Source: an uncultured Verrucomicrobiae bacterium
GTDB taxonomy: Bacteria; Verrucomicrobiota; Verrucomicrobiia; Limisphaerales; Palsa-1400
DNA length: 64,000 nucleotides
Assembly: GCA_963702845.1 (NCBI GenBank)
Contig: OY969763.1
Location: 1,568,001 to 1,632,000 of the forward strand
Direction: 5' to 3'
Both the position numbers and the translations under genes were made by a program. A model generated the notes under the pieces. It did not search any database. It was given only the letters and a program-made list of their open reading frames with translations, and had not been told where the DNA came from. The number at the start of each line of letters is the position of its first letter. Positions within the stretch are counted from its first letter, which is position 1. Of the stretch, positions 37,596-47,980 are shown piece after piece.

Positions 37596-38813
37596 TTAGA
37601 GTTCGTCGACGGCGATGACGCGGACGATTTCTTCGAGGGTGGTTTGGCCTGATAATGCGCGGTTTAATCCGCGTTGCCACATGGTGTGCATGCCTTGGCC
37701 GGTCGCGACTTGTTGCAAGGTTTTGGTCGGGAGCTTTTGCATGACGGCGTCACGAACGGGTTGATCGACGGTGAGTAGTTCGACGACGGAAGTTCGTCCG
37801 GAAAAACCTGTGCCGGAGCATTGTTCGCAGCCGGCACCTTTGCGCAAGGTGGCGTTTTCGAGGTCGGCAGTCGGCACGAGTTTGGCAAGGTGCGGGTCGG
37901 GTTCGTAAGGTTGCGCACAATAGGTGCAGTTGGTGCGGATAAGTCGCAGGCCAAGAACACCGCTGATGCTGGAGGAAAGCAGGAATGGTTCGATGTCCAT
38001 ATTGATGAGACGCGCGAAGACGCCGGCGGTGCTGCCCGAGTGAATGGTGCTGATGACCAAGTGTCCGGTGAGGCCGGCCTGAACGGCGATGGCGGCGGTT
38101 TCGGGATCGCGAATTTCGCCGACCATGATGACTTGTGGATCCTGACGCATCAATGAGCGCAATGCTTTTGGATAGGTGAATTCCTGGGCGAGGTTGACCT
38201 GCGCCTGGGCGATCATGGGCAGGTTGAATTCGACGGGGTCTTCGACGGTGGCGATGCTGATGCTGGGGCCGGAGCGTTGGACCAATGTGTAAAGCGCGGA
38301 ATAAATGGCGGTGGTTTTTCCGGAACCGGTCGGGCCGGTGAGGAGAATGAGACCGCTTGGTTTGTTCAGCAGTTTGAGAAATGGCTGGAGGATGTCGTCG
38401 TCGAATCCGAGCGAAGCAAGATCGAAGCTGCGATTGCTGGGGTCGAAGATACGGACGACGATTTTTTCGCCGCGTGTGGTCGGGAAAATGGAAATACGTT
38501 GCTCGACACCGCCGAGCTCGGGGTCGGCGGGCGCATGGCCCTCTTGCGGAAGGCCGTTCTGATAGGTGATGAGGTTGGCCATTACTTTGAAACGGCCGGA
38601 GATTTTTTCCATCAAATCGAGCGGGAGATGGACGAGTTCGGTAAGGACGCCATTAAGACGGATGCGCACGGCGAGGGTGCTTTCCCACGGTTCGATGTGG
38701 ATGTCGCTCGCGCCTGCTTTGACTGCATCGAGCAGGAGATATTTGACGAGTACCGCGATTTCGACACCTTTGTCGGCGGATTCCGATTGGAGATAACGTA
38801 GGGTTTCGCTCAT
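37596..38813 (-). CDS. GspE/PilB-family secretion/pilus ATPase (lacking N-terminal domain)
   Basis: ASDIHIEP, GPTGSGKTT, VEDPVE, RQDPQVIMVGEIRD, tetracysteine motif. Confidence 0.92.
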   Translation of the reverse strand: MSETLRYLQSESADKGVEIAVLVKYLLLDAVKAGASDIHIEPWESTLAVRIRLNGVLTELVHLPLDLMEKISGRFKVMANLITYQNGLPQEGHAPADPELGGVEQRISIFPTTRGEKIVVRIFDPSNRSFDLASLGFDDDILQPFLKLLNKPSGLILLTGPTGSGKTTAIYSALYTLVQRSGPSISIATVEDPVEFNLPMIAQAQVNLAQEFTYPKALRSLMRQDPQVIMVGEIRDPETAAIAVQAGLTGHLVISTIHSGSTAGVFARLINMDIEPFLLSSSISGVLGLRLIRTNCTYCAQPYEPDPHLAKLVPTADLENATLRKGAGCEQCSGTGFSGRTSVVELLTVDQPVRDAVMQKLPTKTLQQVATGQGMHTMWQRGLNRALSGQTTLEEIVRVIAVDEL

Positions 38814-38924
38814 GTTGTTGCCGTCCTTCTTTACTTTGGTATGCCGGTTTTTGGGGCGTGTCACGGGGAAAGTTTCACGATTTACGGTTGAGGGAGTTTG
38901 GAGCGGTCGGAGATTTCGACGGCT

Positions 38925-38967
38925 GCCGACTTGGAAGTCGGCGATACGGCAGGTTTGGAAACCTGCG
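38925..38967. repeat. REP-like twin hairpins
   Basis: GCCGACTTGGAAGTCGGC and GCAGGTTTGGAAACCTGC. Confidence 0.7.
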
Positions 38968-39023
38968 ATACGAGCTGATAAACTTCTCGACGTTGTGGGT
39001 GCTTGTCATTTAAATCGCGGGCA

Positions 39024-41282
39024 ATGAAAGCTCTCGTAAGGTCGTTGAGTTGTTTACTTGTCACGAGCACGTTGGTCTTTGCGGCCAAATCGGATTGGCA
39101 TATCGCGAAGGGTCCGCTGATGACGGAGTGGTCGGAGGACGTCTCGTCAACGCATCCGTGGCCGGAATATCCGCGTCCGCAAATGGAACGTAAGGATTGG
39201 ATGAATCTTAATGGGCTTTGGGACTACGCGATTCTCGAAAAGAAAAACGGGGTGCAAGGACCGTTCGACGGAAAAATTCTCGTGCCGTATCCGATTGAGT
39301 CGGCGCTTTCGGGCGTGATGAAGCGGGTCGGTGAGAATCAGGTGATCGTCTATCATCGCACGTTTCGGCTGCCATCTTCGTGGAAAAATGAGCGCGTGTT
39401 GTTGCACTTTGGCGCGGTCGATTGGGAGACGGTGGTGGTGGTGAATGGCAAGCGCGTGGGCGAACATCGTGGTGGGTTTGATCCGTTTTCGTTTGATATT
39501 ACCGATGTGCTCGCGACTAACGCGCTGCAGCATGTTGAAGTCACTGTTTTTGATCCGACAGACGCAGGTGGCCAACCGCGCGGCAAGCAGGTGAATAAGC
39601 CAGGTGGGATTTACTACACACCGAGTTCAGGGATTTGGCAGACGGTGTGGTTGGAGCCGGTGCCGCGTGCTTACATCGCGGATTTCAAGGTGACGCCTGA
39701 CGTCGATGGCGAAGCGTTGCGTATTACGGTGAATGCGACTGGTGGCGATCTGGTTGAAGCGATCGCGTATTCGCATGGACACGAAGTTGGCCGCGCCACC
39801 GGTGATGCTGGAAAAGAGTTTCGTGTGCCGGTGCCGAAGCCGCGACTTTGGTCGCCGGACAAGCCTCACCTCTACGATCTAAAAATCAATTTGATGAAAG
39901 GATTCGTTCCGCATGAGCGCAAGGGCGATCCAAAATGGGGGCACAACTTCCGCAAGATTGATTCTGTCTCGAGCTATTTTGCGATGCGCAAAGTTTCGCT
40001 GGGCAAAGATGCCAATGGAATTATGCGGCCGATGTTAAACGGAAAATTTATTTTCCAGGCTGGCCCGTTGGATCAAGGGTTTTGGCCGGATGGTTTGTAT
40101 ACGCCGCCGACGGATGAAGCGATGTTGTACGATCTGGAGATGACGAAGGACCTTGGTTTCAACATGACGCGCAAGCACGTGAAGGTTGAACCGGATCGTT
40201 GGTATTACTATTGCGACAAGCTCGGATTGTTGGTCTGGCAGGACATGCCGAGCGGTAACAATAAGACTCCGGAGGACAAGGCAGAGTTTGAACGCGAACT
40301 GAAACAACTCGTCGCGACGCATTACAATCATCCGTCCATATATATGTGGGTGGTGTTCAATGAAGGCTGGGGGCAATACGATACGGAACGCCTGACAGGT
40401 TGGGCGAAGAAAATGGATCCGTCGCGGCTGGTGGATAATGCGACTGGTTGGACCGATATGAAGGTTGGGGACGTCATCGATATGCATAATTATCCCGGGC
40501 CGGGTTCTCCGATGCCGGAAGCGAATCGAGCGGCGGTTTTGGGTGAGTTTGGCGGGCTTGGATTGGGAATCGACGGACACACGTGGACGCAGAAGACGTG
40601 GGGATATCAAGGAATGTCTGATCGCGCGGCGTTGACGCGCCGGTATGTGAGTCTGTTGCGCAAGGCGTGGGCGTTGGAGAAGTCACCGGGATTGAGCGCG
40701 ATTGTTTACACGCAAATCACGGATGTGGAGACGGAATGTAACGGGTTGATGACTTACGATCGAGCCGTGACTAAGCCGGACGTTCGACGCGTTGCGGAAG
40801 CAAATCGCGGCCATGTTCCACCGGAACCGAAGCACACGGTGCTGGTGCCGACTTCAAAGGAAGTTGCGGCGACCTGGAAATATACTTTCAAGAAACCGGC
40901 GGATGATTGGACGAAAACGCACTTTGACGATTCGTCGTGGCACGCAGGACCCGGCGGGTTTGGGACGAAAGGAACTCCGGCTTCGGTGGTGCGAACGGAA
41001 TGGAACACTGGCGATATTTGGCTGCGTCGGACGTTTGAATTGCCGGCGGGCAAGTACGACGAGACGGAACTGGTCGTGCACCACGATGAAGATGCGGAGA
41101 TTTATATCAACGGCGCGCTGGCAACGAAGCTGAGCAGTTTTACGAGCGACTACGGCAGTGAGGGGATTCGCTCGCGCGCGCTGAATTCGTTGCATGCTGG
41201 CGCCAATGTAATGGCGGTGCATTGCCGGAACACGAGCGGTGGCCAATACATCGACGTGGGCCTGGAGAGCGTTGGCCAATAG
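39024..41282 (+). CDS. Secreted glycoside hydrolase family 2 with C-terminal galactose-binding-like domain
   Basis: EYPRPQ, LHFGAVDW, LDQGFWPDG, RKHVKVEP, WVVFNEGWGQ, GEFGG. Confidence 0.92.
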   Translation: MKALVRSLSCLLVTSTLVFAAKSDWHIAKGPLMTEWSEDVSSTHPWPEYPRPQMERKDWMNLNGLWDYAILEKKNGVQGPFDGKILVPYPIESALSGVMKRVGENQVIVYHRTFRLPSSWKNERVLLHFGAVDWETVVVVNGKRVGEHRGGFDPFSFDITDVLATNALQHVEVTVFDPTDAGGQPRGKQVNKPGGIYYTPSSGIWQTVWLEPVPRAYIADFKVTPDVDGEALRITVNATGGDLVEAIAYSHGHEVGRATGDAGKEFRVPVPKPRLWSPDKPHLYDLKINLMKGFVPHERKGDPKWGHNFRKIDSVSSYFAMRKVSLGKDANGIMRPMLNGKFIFQAGPLDQGFWPDGLYTPPTDEAMLYDLEMTKDLGFNMTRKHVKVEPDRWYYYCDKLGLLVWQDMPSGNNKTPEDKAEFERELKQLVATHYNHPSIYMWVVFNEGWGQYDTERLTGWAKKMDPSRLVDNATGWTDMKVGDVIDMHNYPGPGSPMPEANRAAVLGEFGGLGLGIDGHTWTQKTWGYQGMSDRAALTRRYVSLLRKAWALEKSPGLSAIVYTQITDVETECNGLMTYDRAVTKPDVRRVAEANRGHVPPEPKHTVLVPTSKEVAATWKYTFKKPADDWTKTHFDDSSWHAGPGGFGTKGTPASVVRTEWNTGDIWLRRTFELPAGKYDETELVVHHDEDAEIYINGALATKLSSFTSDYGSEGIRSRALNSLHAGANVMAVHCRNTSGGQYIDVGLESVGQ

Positions 41283-41348
41283 ACGTTCAGGGAAAACCGG
41301 ATTGACAGTTTTTTGTGGTGGCAGTTGAGTTGAGCTCTTGTTTGCCCT

Positions 41349-42236
41349 GTGGATCAGACTGCACACATTTCATTTACCGGTGTTCCGGTGCCGAAACGAT
41401 TGCCGTATCGGCGCTCTGTGAAATCACTCGGTGCGGCAGCTCGCCGCGATGAAGAGGGCGAACCGATTTCGCCTTTTATTTGGTGGGTTTTCGAACGGGC
41501 GAAACTCAATTCCTCGGTCTATCGACCTACGTGCTTGAACCGACGGTTAAATGCGTGTTTGCGGCGGTTGCGTGCAGCGACGCCTGATGCGGCGAAAAGA
41601 ATTATAGAGTCCCGGCCGGAACTGCGTAACGCGGCGCTCGATACGTTGCTCTTGGGTGTATCGGAATTTTTTCGTGACCCTGAGGTGTTCCAAAATTTGC
41701 GCGACCAGGTGCTTCCGAGGATGTTGGAACGCGGCGGGCGTTTGCGGATCTTGAGCATGGGAGTTTCAGAGGGGCATGAGTTGTACTCGATTGCAATCCT
41801 GTTGGCGGAAATGGGGGTGTTGGAGAGATGCGAGTTGATAGGAATGGATTGTCGACCGGAGGCAATCAGGCGCGCAGGGCAGGGGCGGTTTAATGATGGC
41901 GATATTGAGGGCGTCGATGATTCGTTGCGGGAGCGGTATTTTTCTTCGGAAGAGAACTGGTGGGTGGTCAAAGAAAGTGTTCGCCAGGCAATCCAGTGGA
42001 GTGTTGGGAATGTTTTGAGTCTTGACGGCTTTGCTCCGAGGGACATTATCTTTTTTCGCAACGTCGCCCTTTATTTGACGGCACGACACGCTGAGTGTGC
42101 GTGGAGTGCGTTGTATGGGCGTTTGAAACCAAATGGGATGCTCGTCGCCGGCAACGCAGACAAACCCCCGGCATCCCTCAAGCTTATTCGCGTTGCGCGG
42201 TGCATTTACGAAAAGCCAGGCCGATTAGCGTTATGA
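41349..42236 (+). CDS. cheR: CheR-type protein-glutamate methyltransferase
   Basis: VSEFFRD, RILSMGVSEGHELYSIA, DIIFFRNVALY. Confidence 0.85.
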   Translation: MDQTAHISFTGVPVPKRLPYRRSVKSLGAAARRDEEGEPISPFIWWVFERAKLNSSVYRPTCLNRRLNACLRRLRAATPDAAKRIIESRPELRNAALDTLLLGVSEFFRDPEVFQNLRDQVLPRMLERGGRLRILSMGVSEGHELYSIAILLAEMGVLERCELIGMDCRPEAIRRAGQGRFNDGDIEGVDDSLRERYFSSEENWWVVKESVRQAIQWSVGNVLSLDGFAPRDIIFFRNVALYLTARHAECAWSALYGRLKPNGMLVAGNADKPPASLKLIRVARCIYEKPGRLAL

Positions 42237-44033
42237 CTGTTGGCGAGAAGACATCCAACGGGAAATGGTTCGGGTTGATTTCGATAGCGATCTTTGTCGT
42301 GGCGGTTGCCGCGATGGTGACGTTGCGCTTCGTTGTTTTTCCGCGGGAGTTCCTGACGTTGAGTTATTCGTTGCCGCTGTTGGTTTGTCTGTGGCACCGC
42401 GATCGGCGTTTGCTGTGGAGCATGGCGGCAGTGTTTACCGTGATGGCGATTCTCAAAGGAACGTTTCTTGGACCTGATCCGCAGACAGTAACCGGGTGGG
42501 ACGTGTTGATGTCGTTGATGCATGTTGTGAATATCGCGGCCGTTGGCGGAACTATTCACGCGGTGATCGCTTTGACGGACCGGCTTCGTCGGAAGAACGC
42601 CGAATTGGCGGATGCGAATGATGAGCTTGCGGGGCGAGCGGAAGAAATCGGGCGACAGAATGAGGAGTTGCAACAGCAAGCTGAGGAGCTAGCGCAACAG
42701 AACGAGGAGATTCAAGCGCAAGCGGAGGAGTTCAACCGACAGAACGAAGAACTCAACCAGCAATCGGAAGAATTGCACGCGCAGACTGATGAACTGCAGA
42801 TCACCAATACGGAGTTGGCGGAGCGCGAAGTGATGTTGCAGACGTTGATCGAGTGCGCGCGGGCGCCTGGGTCGGACCGGGATTTTCTCGACCGGATTTG
42901 TCAGTCGGTGGTGAGGCTGTGCGGCAATCGCGCGGCGGGTGCGGCGGTGGTGGAGAAGCAGGAAAATGAATTGTTGGTTCGCGCTTGTTCTGGTGTGGCG
43001 TCGTCGCGCGAGTTGCAATGGCCTTTTGACCAAACGCTGACGGCGATTGTGATGCAGGAGCGGCGCACGGCATTTATTGAGGATGTCGCGAGACGTCCGG
43101 ACATCGTCCTGCCGCCCGGGACGAATGTGAAGTTTCAGTCGGTGATTGCAGCGCCGCTGTTTATCAGTGGTGCGGCGGCCGGCGCTGTGACGGCGTATTC
43201 GCCTGAACCGCAGAAATGGACGACGCGTGATTTTGAATTGTTGGAATGGGTGGCGACGCAGTGTTCGTTTGTCCTGGAAGCACGGCGTTTACGCGAAGCA
43301 ATGGCGCAGGCGAATGCAAATCTTGAATCAATGATTAAAGAGCGGACGACGAAGTTGCAGGAAATGATCAATGAGCTGGAGCATTTCTCGGTACACGATC
43401 ACGCACGATATGCGCGCGCCGCTTCGCGCCATGCAAGGGTTTGCGGTGATTTTAAAAGAGGAGTGCCCGAACCTCGGGACGGAAGCGTCCGAGTATGTTG
43501 ATAATATTATCAACTCGGCGCGCCGAATGGATCGGTTGGTGACGGATGCTTTGAATTATAACAAAGCGGTGCGGCAAGAGATTGCGGCGACGCCGGTGGA
43601 TGTGCGGAAGCTGGTCGATGAAATGTTACCGGCGTATCCGTTGTTTCAGGAGCCGCATGCGCGGGTGGAGATCGCGGGTGAGCTGCCGCACGTCCTGGGA
43701 AATGAAGCGGGTTTGACGCAATGTGTTTCGAATTTTTTGGACAACGCGGTGAAGTTTGCAAAACCGGGGGAACAGCCACGGATCAGAATTTGGGCCGAGA
43801 CGAACGACGATAACGCGAAGATTTGGTTTGAAGATAATGGGATAGGAATTCCTGAAGATTTTCAGCCGCGCGTTTTTGAAATGTTTCAACGCGGCAGCAA
43901 AGCGCATGAAGGCACTGGCATTGGCCTGGCGCTTGTGCGAAAGGTGGTCGAACGAATGGGCGGTAAAGCGGGTTGTGAATCGAAAGTTGGCGAGGGCAGC
44001 CGGTTTTGGATCGAGTTAAAACGTAGTTCATGA
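42233..44033 (+). CDS. Membrane sensor histidine kinase with Q/E coiled coil and GAF domain (frameshift near 43390)
   Basis: TM helices, (Q)NEEL heptads, GAF; H-box ELEHFS|YTITHDMRAPL split across frames; NAVKF, DNGIGI, GTGIGL. Confidence 0.88.
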
Positions 44034-44509
44034 GCGCGCGACAGGACAGTCCAGTGATGCTTTACGTCGAAGACGAGGTTTCTGACGTGTACTTTATGCG
44101 CCGCGCGTTCAAGGTCATGTCGGTGGGCTGGCATTTGCAGACGGTGGCGGACGGAAGTGAGGCGATTGCTTACTTAAATGGCGAAGGGAAGTATGCAGAC
44201 CGGCCCCTGTATCCGCAGCCGCAATTTGTGCTGCTGGATTTGAACCTGCCGCTGGTATCTGGATTTGATGTGCTCGCGACAATTCGGCGTCATGCGGATT
44301 ATGTGAATTTGCCTGTAGTCGTGTTTTCTTCGTCGGGCCGGCCTGAAGATCGCCAGCGCGCCAGCCAATTGGGTGCAAACGGCTACATTTTGAAACCTTC
44401 ATCCGGTGCTGATTTTGGCCATACGGTCTCGGAACTTCAGTCCTTCTACGTTGCTTGCGACCGAATTGCGACAGTAGAAGCGCGCCGTGGGTCGATAATC
44501 CGAATTTAG
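44030..44509 (+). CDS. Single-domain response regulator
   Basis: YVED, LLDLNLP..SG, FSSS, YILKP. Confidence 0.92.
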   Translation: MSARQDSPVMLYVEDEVSDVYFMRRAFKVMSVGWHLQTVADGSEAIAYLNGEGKYADRPLYPQPQFVLLDLNLPLVSGFDVLATIRRHADYVNLPVVVFSSSGRPEDRQRASQLGANGYILKPSSGADFGHTVSELQSFYVACDRIATVEARRGSIIRI

Positions 44510-44561
44510 TTCCCACCTCATGCTGGACGGCTGCATTGTCCCGCGTCTACAATGTCTCGCC

Positions 44562-45689
44562 ATGACGCAGCCTGAGAAACTTTTACGGGAATTGATCGCT
44601 TTGCCGAGCGTCAACCCTGCGTTTTTGCCGGCCGGTGATGCCCGGGCGGGGGAGCGGCGCGTCACTGAATTTCTCGCGGCCACGGCTTGTCGGGCGGGGC
44701 TTGATGTGGATTTGCATAAGGTGCTGCCGGGACGTTCGAATTTTTTTGCACGATTGACTCCTGCTGGAACTGCGACACACCGAATTGTTCTCGCGCCGCA
44801 CATGGATACCGTTCCGCCGGTCACGGATAAGCAATTGGTTCCTGTTCGTGAGAATGACCGTTTGTTCGGGCGCGGAGCGTGTGATACGAAGGGTTCGATT
44901 GCAGCGATGCTGAGTGCGTTGATGCATTTGGCTCGTGACAAAAAACGGCCAAAGAAAACGGAAATCGTTTTTGTTGGACTAATCGACGAGGAGAACGCGC
45001 AAGCGGGTTCGCGTGCTTTTGCGGCCAGTGGATTTAAAGCAGACCTGGCGATTGTTGGTGAGCCAACGCGCAATCAGATTGTAACGGCGCACAAAGGAAG
45101 TCTTTGGTTGCTGTTCGAGACAACTGGCAAAGCAGCGCATGGCGCGCGGCCGGAGTTGGGAGTTAATGCAGTGCACGAGATGGCGTGCATTGTCGATATG
45201 TTGCAAACGGACTACGCCAAGATGTTGCGCGGGAGAAAGCATAGGTTGCTTGGGCATCCCACAATTAGTGTTGGTTCGATTCACGGAGGAACTCAGCCGA
45301 ACATTGTTCCGGCGAAATGCGTGGCGAGCGCGGATCGGCGGTTGTTGCCGGGTGAGACGCAGGCGTCAGTATTTGCGGAGATTCAGGCGTTGCTGCGTAA
45401 ACGCGGACTTCGGGCGACTATCGGATGCGCCAAGAATCCCGGGTTGCCGATGGAAGCGGATTTGCGGTTACCGATGGTGCAGCAGTTTCTGAAAACGGCG
45501 CGACAAGCGAAACCGGCGGGGGTTGATTATTTTTGTGACGCTTCGGTGCTTGCCCATGGCGGCATTCCGAGCGTTGTCTTTGGGCCGGGAGACATCGCGC
45601 AGGCGCATACGTCGAATGAATGGATTTCAATTCGGTCGCTTGAGCAGGCCACGGGCTTATTGCTGAAATTTTTGCAGTCGCTCGCTTAG
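44562..45689 (+). CDS. M20 family metallohydrolase (ArgE/DapE-like)
   Basis: HMDTV, GRGACDTKG, DEE, GEPT, GPGDIAQAH. Confidence 0.92.
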   Translation: MTQPEKLLRELIALPSVNPAFLPAGDARAGERRVTEFLAATACRAGLDVDLHKVLPGRSNFFARLTPAGTATHRIVLAPHMDTVPPVTDKQLVPVRENDRLFGRGACDTKGSIAAMLSALMHLARDKKRPKKTEIVFVGLIDEENAQAGSRAFAASGFKADLAIVGEPTRNQIVTAHKGSLWLLFETTGKAAHGARPELGVNAVHEMACIVDMLQTDYAKMLRGRKHRLLGHPTISVGSIHGGTQPNIVPAKCVASADRRLLPGETQASVFAEIQALLRKRGLRATIGCAKNPGLPMEADLRLPMVQQFLKTARQAKPAGVDYFCDASVLAHGGIPSVVFGPGDIAQAHTSNEWISIRSLEQATGLLLKFLQSLA

Positions 45690-45702
45690 TCGCTTTCCCG
45701 CC

Positions 45703-47016
45703 ATGACGACAAATCCTCCTGCCGCAGCCAAGAGTTACGACGCGAAAACGGCGAGTTCTCACCGTTGGGCTTTTTTTAAGCAAAGCGGCTGGATGGTGAT
45801 TGCGACTGTCGGCGGCGGATTGTTCATGACGGCGGTACACACGGTTGCCGGTAAAAAAATGCTGCCCGATGAATACAGCGGGTTTTATGCGTTGCTGCGG
45901 TTTTTTATTTGGATGGGAATTCCTGCCGCTGGTTTGCAGAACGTGTTTGCGCAGCAATCAGCAGCGGCGCTGACGGATGATAAGGAGCACCAGTTAGCTG
46001 GCACGACCCGGGCGATTTTGCGCGCGATGTTTATTCTGTGGCTGGTTACGTCGGTAATTATTTTTGCAGCCAACCGCCAAATTCTTTCGGTATTGAAGGT
46101 CAGTAATCCGGCGGCATTGTGGTTTGCCATTGTGCTTGGGCTGACAACGCTTTGGGTTCCGATTTTCAAGGGACTTCTGCAAGGTAAGCATCACTTCGCC
46201 GGATTTGGTTGGTTGCAAATTGTCGACGGCGTCGGGAGATTCGCGGGTGTGGCTGTGTTGTTACTGGCGTTCGGCGGACAGGCGGCGAGCGGGATGGCTG
46301 GCTGTGTGTCGGGACAAATTGCAACGTTGGCGCTTGGGTTTTGGCTGACGCGCGGAATTTGGACGACTGAAGGCGCGGCGTTCAAATGGCGGCCGTGGTT
46401 GGCTCGAGTGATTCCGCTGACATTTGGTTTGGGCGCAATCCTGTTTATCACCGCGACTGACGCGTTGTTTGTGCAAAGCACGTTTGGTGCGGACACTCGC
46501 CAGTTATATATGGGGGCGAACTTGACTGGTTTTGCGGTGATGCAATTCGTTTCGCCAATCGCAATGGTGATGTTCCCGCGGGTCGTGCGCAGCGTGGCGA
46601 AATCGGAAACGACTGATGCGTTGCGGTTAACGGTTTTGCTGACGGCCGGCGTTGGGATTATGGCGGCGCTCGTCTGCACGGTGATGCCAACGTTGCCGTT
46701 GCGCATCATTTACGCGACATCGCCAAAAATGTTGGGTGCCGCGCCGTTGGTGCCGTGGTTCGCGTGGTCGCTATTGCCTCTAACGGTGAGCAACGTGCTT
46801 CTTACGAACCTGCTCGCACATGAGCGATATCGCGTCGTGCCGTTTGCGGTGGTGATCGCGGTGGCGTATCTCAGCACGTTATTTGCATTCGGCAATCATT
46901 TGGTGCACATGGAGCAGATGCAGGCATTCACGTCGGTCGTTCAACTGCTTGGGGTGTTCAGCCTGGTGCTGGTGGTCGTGTGCGCGTGGTTTACCTGGGG
47001 AGCTTCTCGGAAGTAG
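45703..47016 (+). CDS. Polysaccharide flippase-like (MOP superfamily) membrane protein
   Basis: About 12 TM helices; VMFPRV motif; adjacent GT2. Confidence 0.7.
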   Translation: MTTNPPAAAKSYDAKTASSHRWAFFKQSGWMVIATVGGGLFMTAVHTVAGKKMLPDEYSGFYALLRFFIWMGIPAAGLQNVFAQQSAAALTDDKEHQLAGTTRAILRAMFILWLVTSVIIFAANRQILSVLKVSNPAALWFAIVLGLTTLWVPIFKGLLQGKHHFAGFGWLQIVDGVGRFAGVAVLLLAFGGQAASGMAGCVSGQIATLALGFWLTRGIWTTEGAAFKWRPWLARVIPLTFGLGAILFITATDALFVQSTFGADTRQLYMGANLTGFAVMQFVSPIAMVMFPRVVRSVAKSETTDALRLTVLLTAGVGIMAALVCTVMPTLPLRIIYATSPKMLGAAPLVPWFAWSLLPLTVSNVLLTNLLAHERYRVVPFAVVIAVAYLSTLFAFGNHLVHMEQMQAFTSVVQLLGVFSLVLVVVCAWFTWGASRK

Positions 47017-47839
47017 CGTCAATTTGCGTTTTCGGGTCCGGTGCCGGCGGCGGAGCGTTGAGTTTGCGATAAGCCCAGTTTTCCGCGGGAGCGAAAAATT
47101 TACGCAAAAACGCGAAGGGCGAATAGATCCAGCGCAGGCGAATGACTGATAGCAGCATCGTCAATGACGTTTTTCCCAGTGAAACTTTTGAGCCCACCTT
47201 GTCAGTCCATTCTGTCGGGACTTCGAGGATTTTGTAACCGGCGCGCTTAATCAGGTAGAGAAGATTGATGTCGAACGCCATGTCGGCGATGCAGAGCGAT
47301 GAATGGATACCGTCAACAACCTCTCGGTGCAGAAGCTTAGCGCCGCATTGGGTGTCGCGAATGTTCATCCAAAAGAGTGATTGGACAATGGCGTGAAACA
47401 CGCGACTGGCGAATTGTCGGCGGCCGGTTTGCGATTGGTGGAGAATGGCGCCCTTGATCCAGCGCGAGCCGATGATGCAGTCGGCCTGCGCGGAGTGGTT
47501 CACCAGATCGAGAAAGGCGGCTGGACCAGTGGCACCGTCGGCATCGACGTAGCCGATCAGGTCCGCTCGTGGGGCGAGCTTTAGGCCTTCAATCAGCGCG
47601 CCGCCTTTGCCGATGGGTGCGGGATAATCAAGCACGCTCACTTCGGGGTATTCGGCGTGGACTTTGTTGATGATTCCGACGGTATTGTCGCGACAGCCGT
47701 TTGTTACAACGAGTAGCTGGAAGTTGCCTTTGTAATTTTTGCGAAAGAATTGAGCGAAGTCCCGCAATACAGGCTCAATCCGGCGTTCTTCGTTGTACGC
47801 CGGAATCAGCAATAGCACACTGGGGGATGCCTGACTCAC
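46991..47839 (-). CDS. GT2 glycosyltransferase (polyprenol-phosphate glycosyltransferase-like)
   Basis: IPAYNEE, GKGGA, DADG, DTQCGAK; GTG start chosen. Confidence 0.9.
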   Translation of the reverse strand: MSQASPSVLLLIPAYNEERRIEPVLRDFAQFFRKNYKGNFQLLVVTNGCRDNTVGIINKVHAEYPEVSVLDYPAPIGKGGALIEGLKLAPRADLIGYVDADGATGPAAFLDLVNHSAQADCIIGSRWIKGAILHQSQTGRRQFASRVFHAIVQSLFWMNIRDTQCGAKLLHREVVDGIHSSLCIADMAFDINLLYLIKRAGYKILEVPTEWTDKVGSKVSLGKTSLTMLLSVIRLRWIYSPFAFLRKFFAPAENWAYRKLNAPPPAPDPKTQIDATSEKLPR

Positions 47840-47980
47840 CTTATTTCGATAGCAGGATACTGCATAAGTGTCGAGGTTTGTAGTCTCACACAACTGGTTT
47901 TTAGGTCTGATGGAAATGAGATGATTCGCGGGGCATTGGACGGGGCGGGTGGGCGCAGGTACGTTACGGCGGAGGTTCAA

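Noticed and set aside
36456..38813. DNA-uptake module (ComEC-like MBL plus PilB-like ATPase) feeding the DeoC microcompartment
   Set aside because: The genes are convergent, lack the competence membrane domain and other pilus genes, and lie ~28 kb from the BMC locus.
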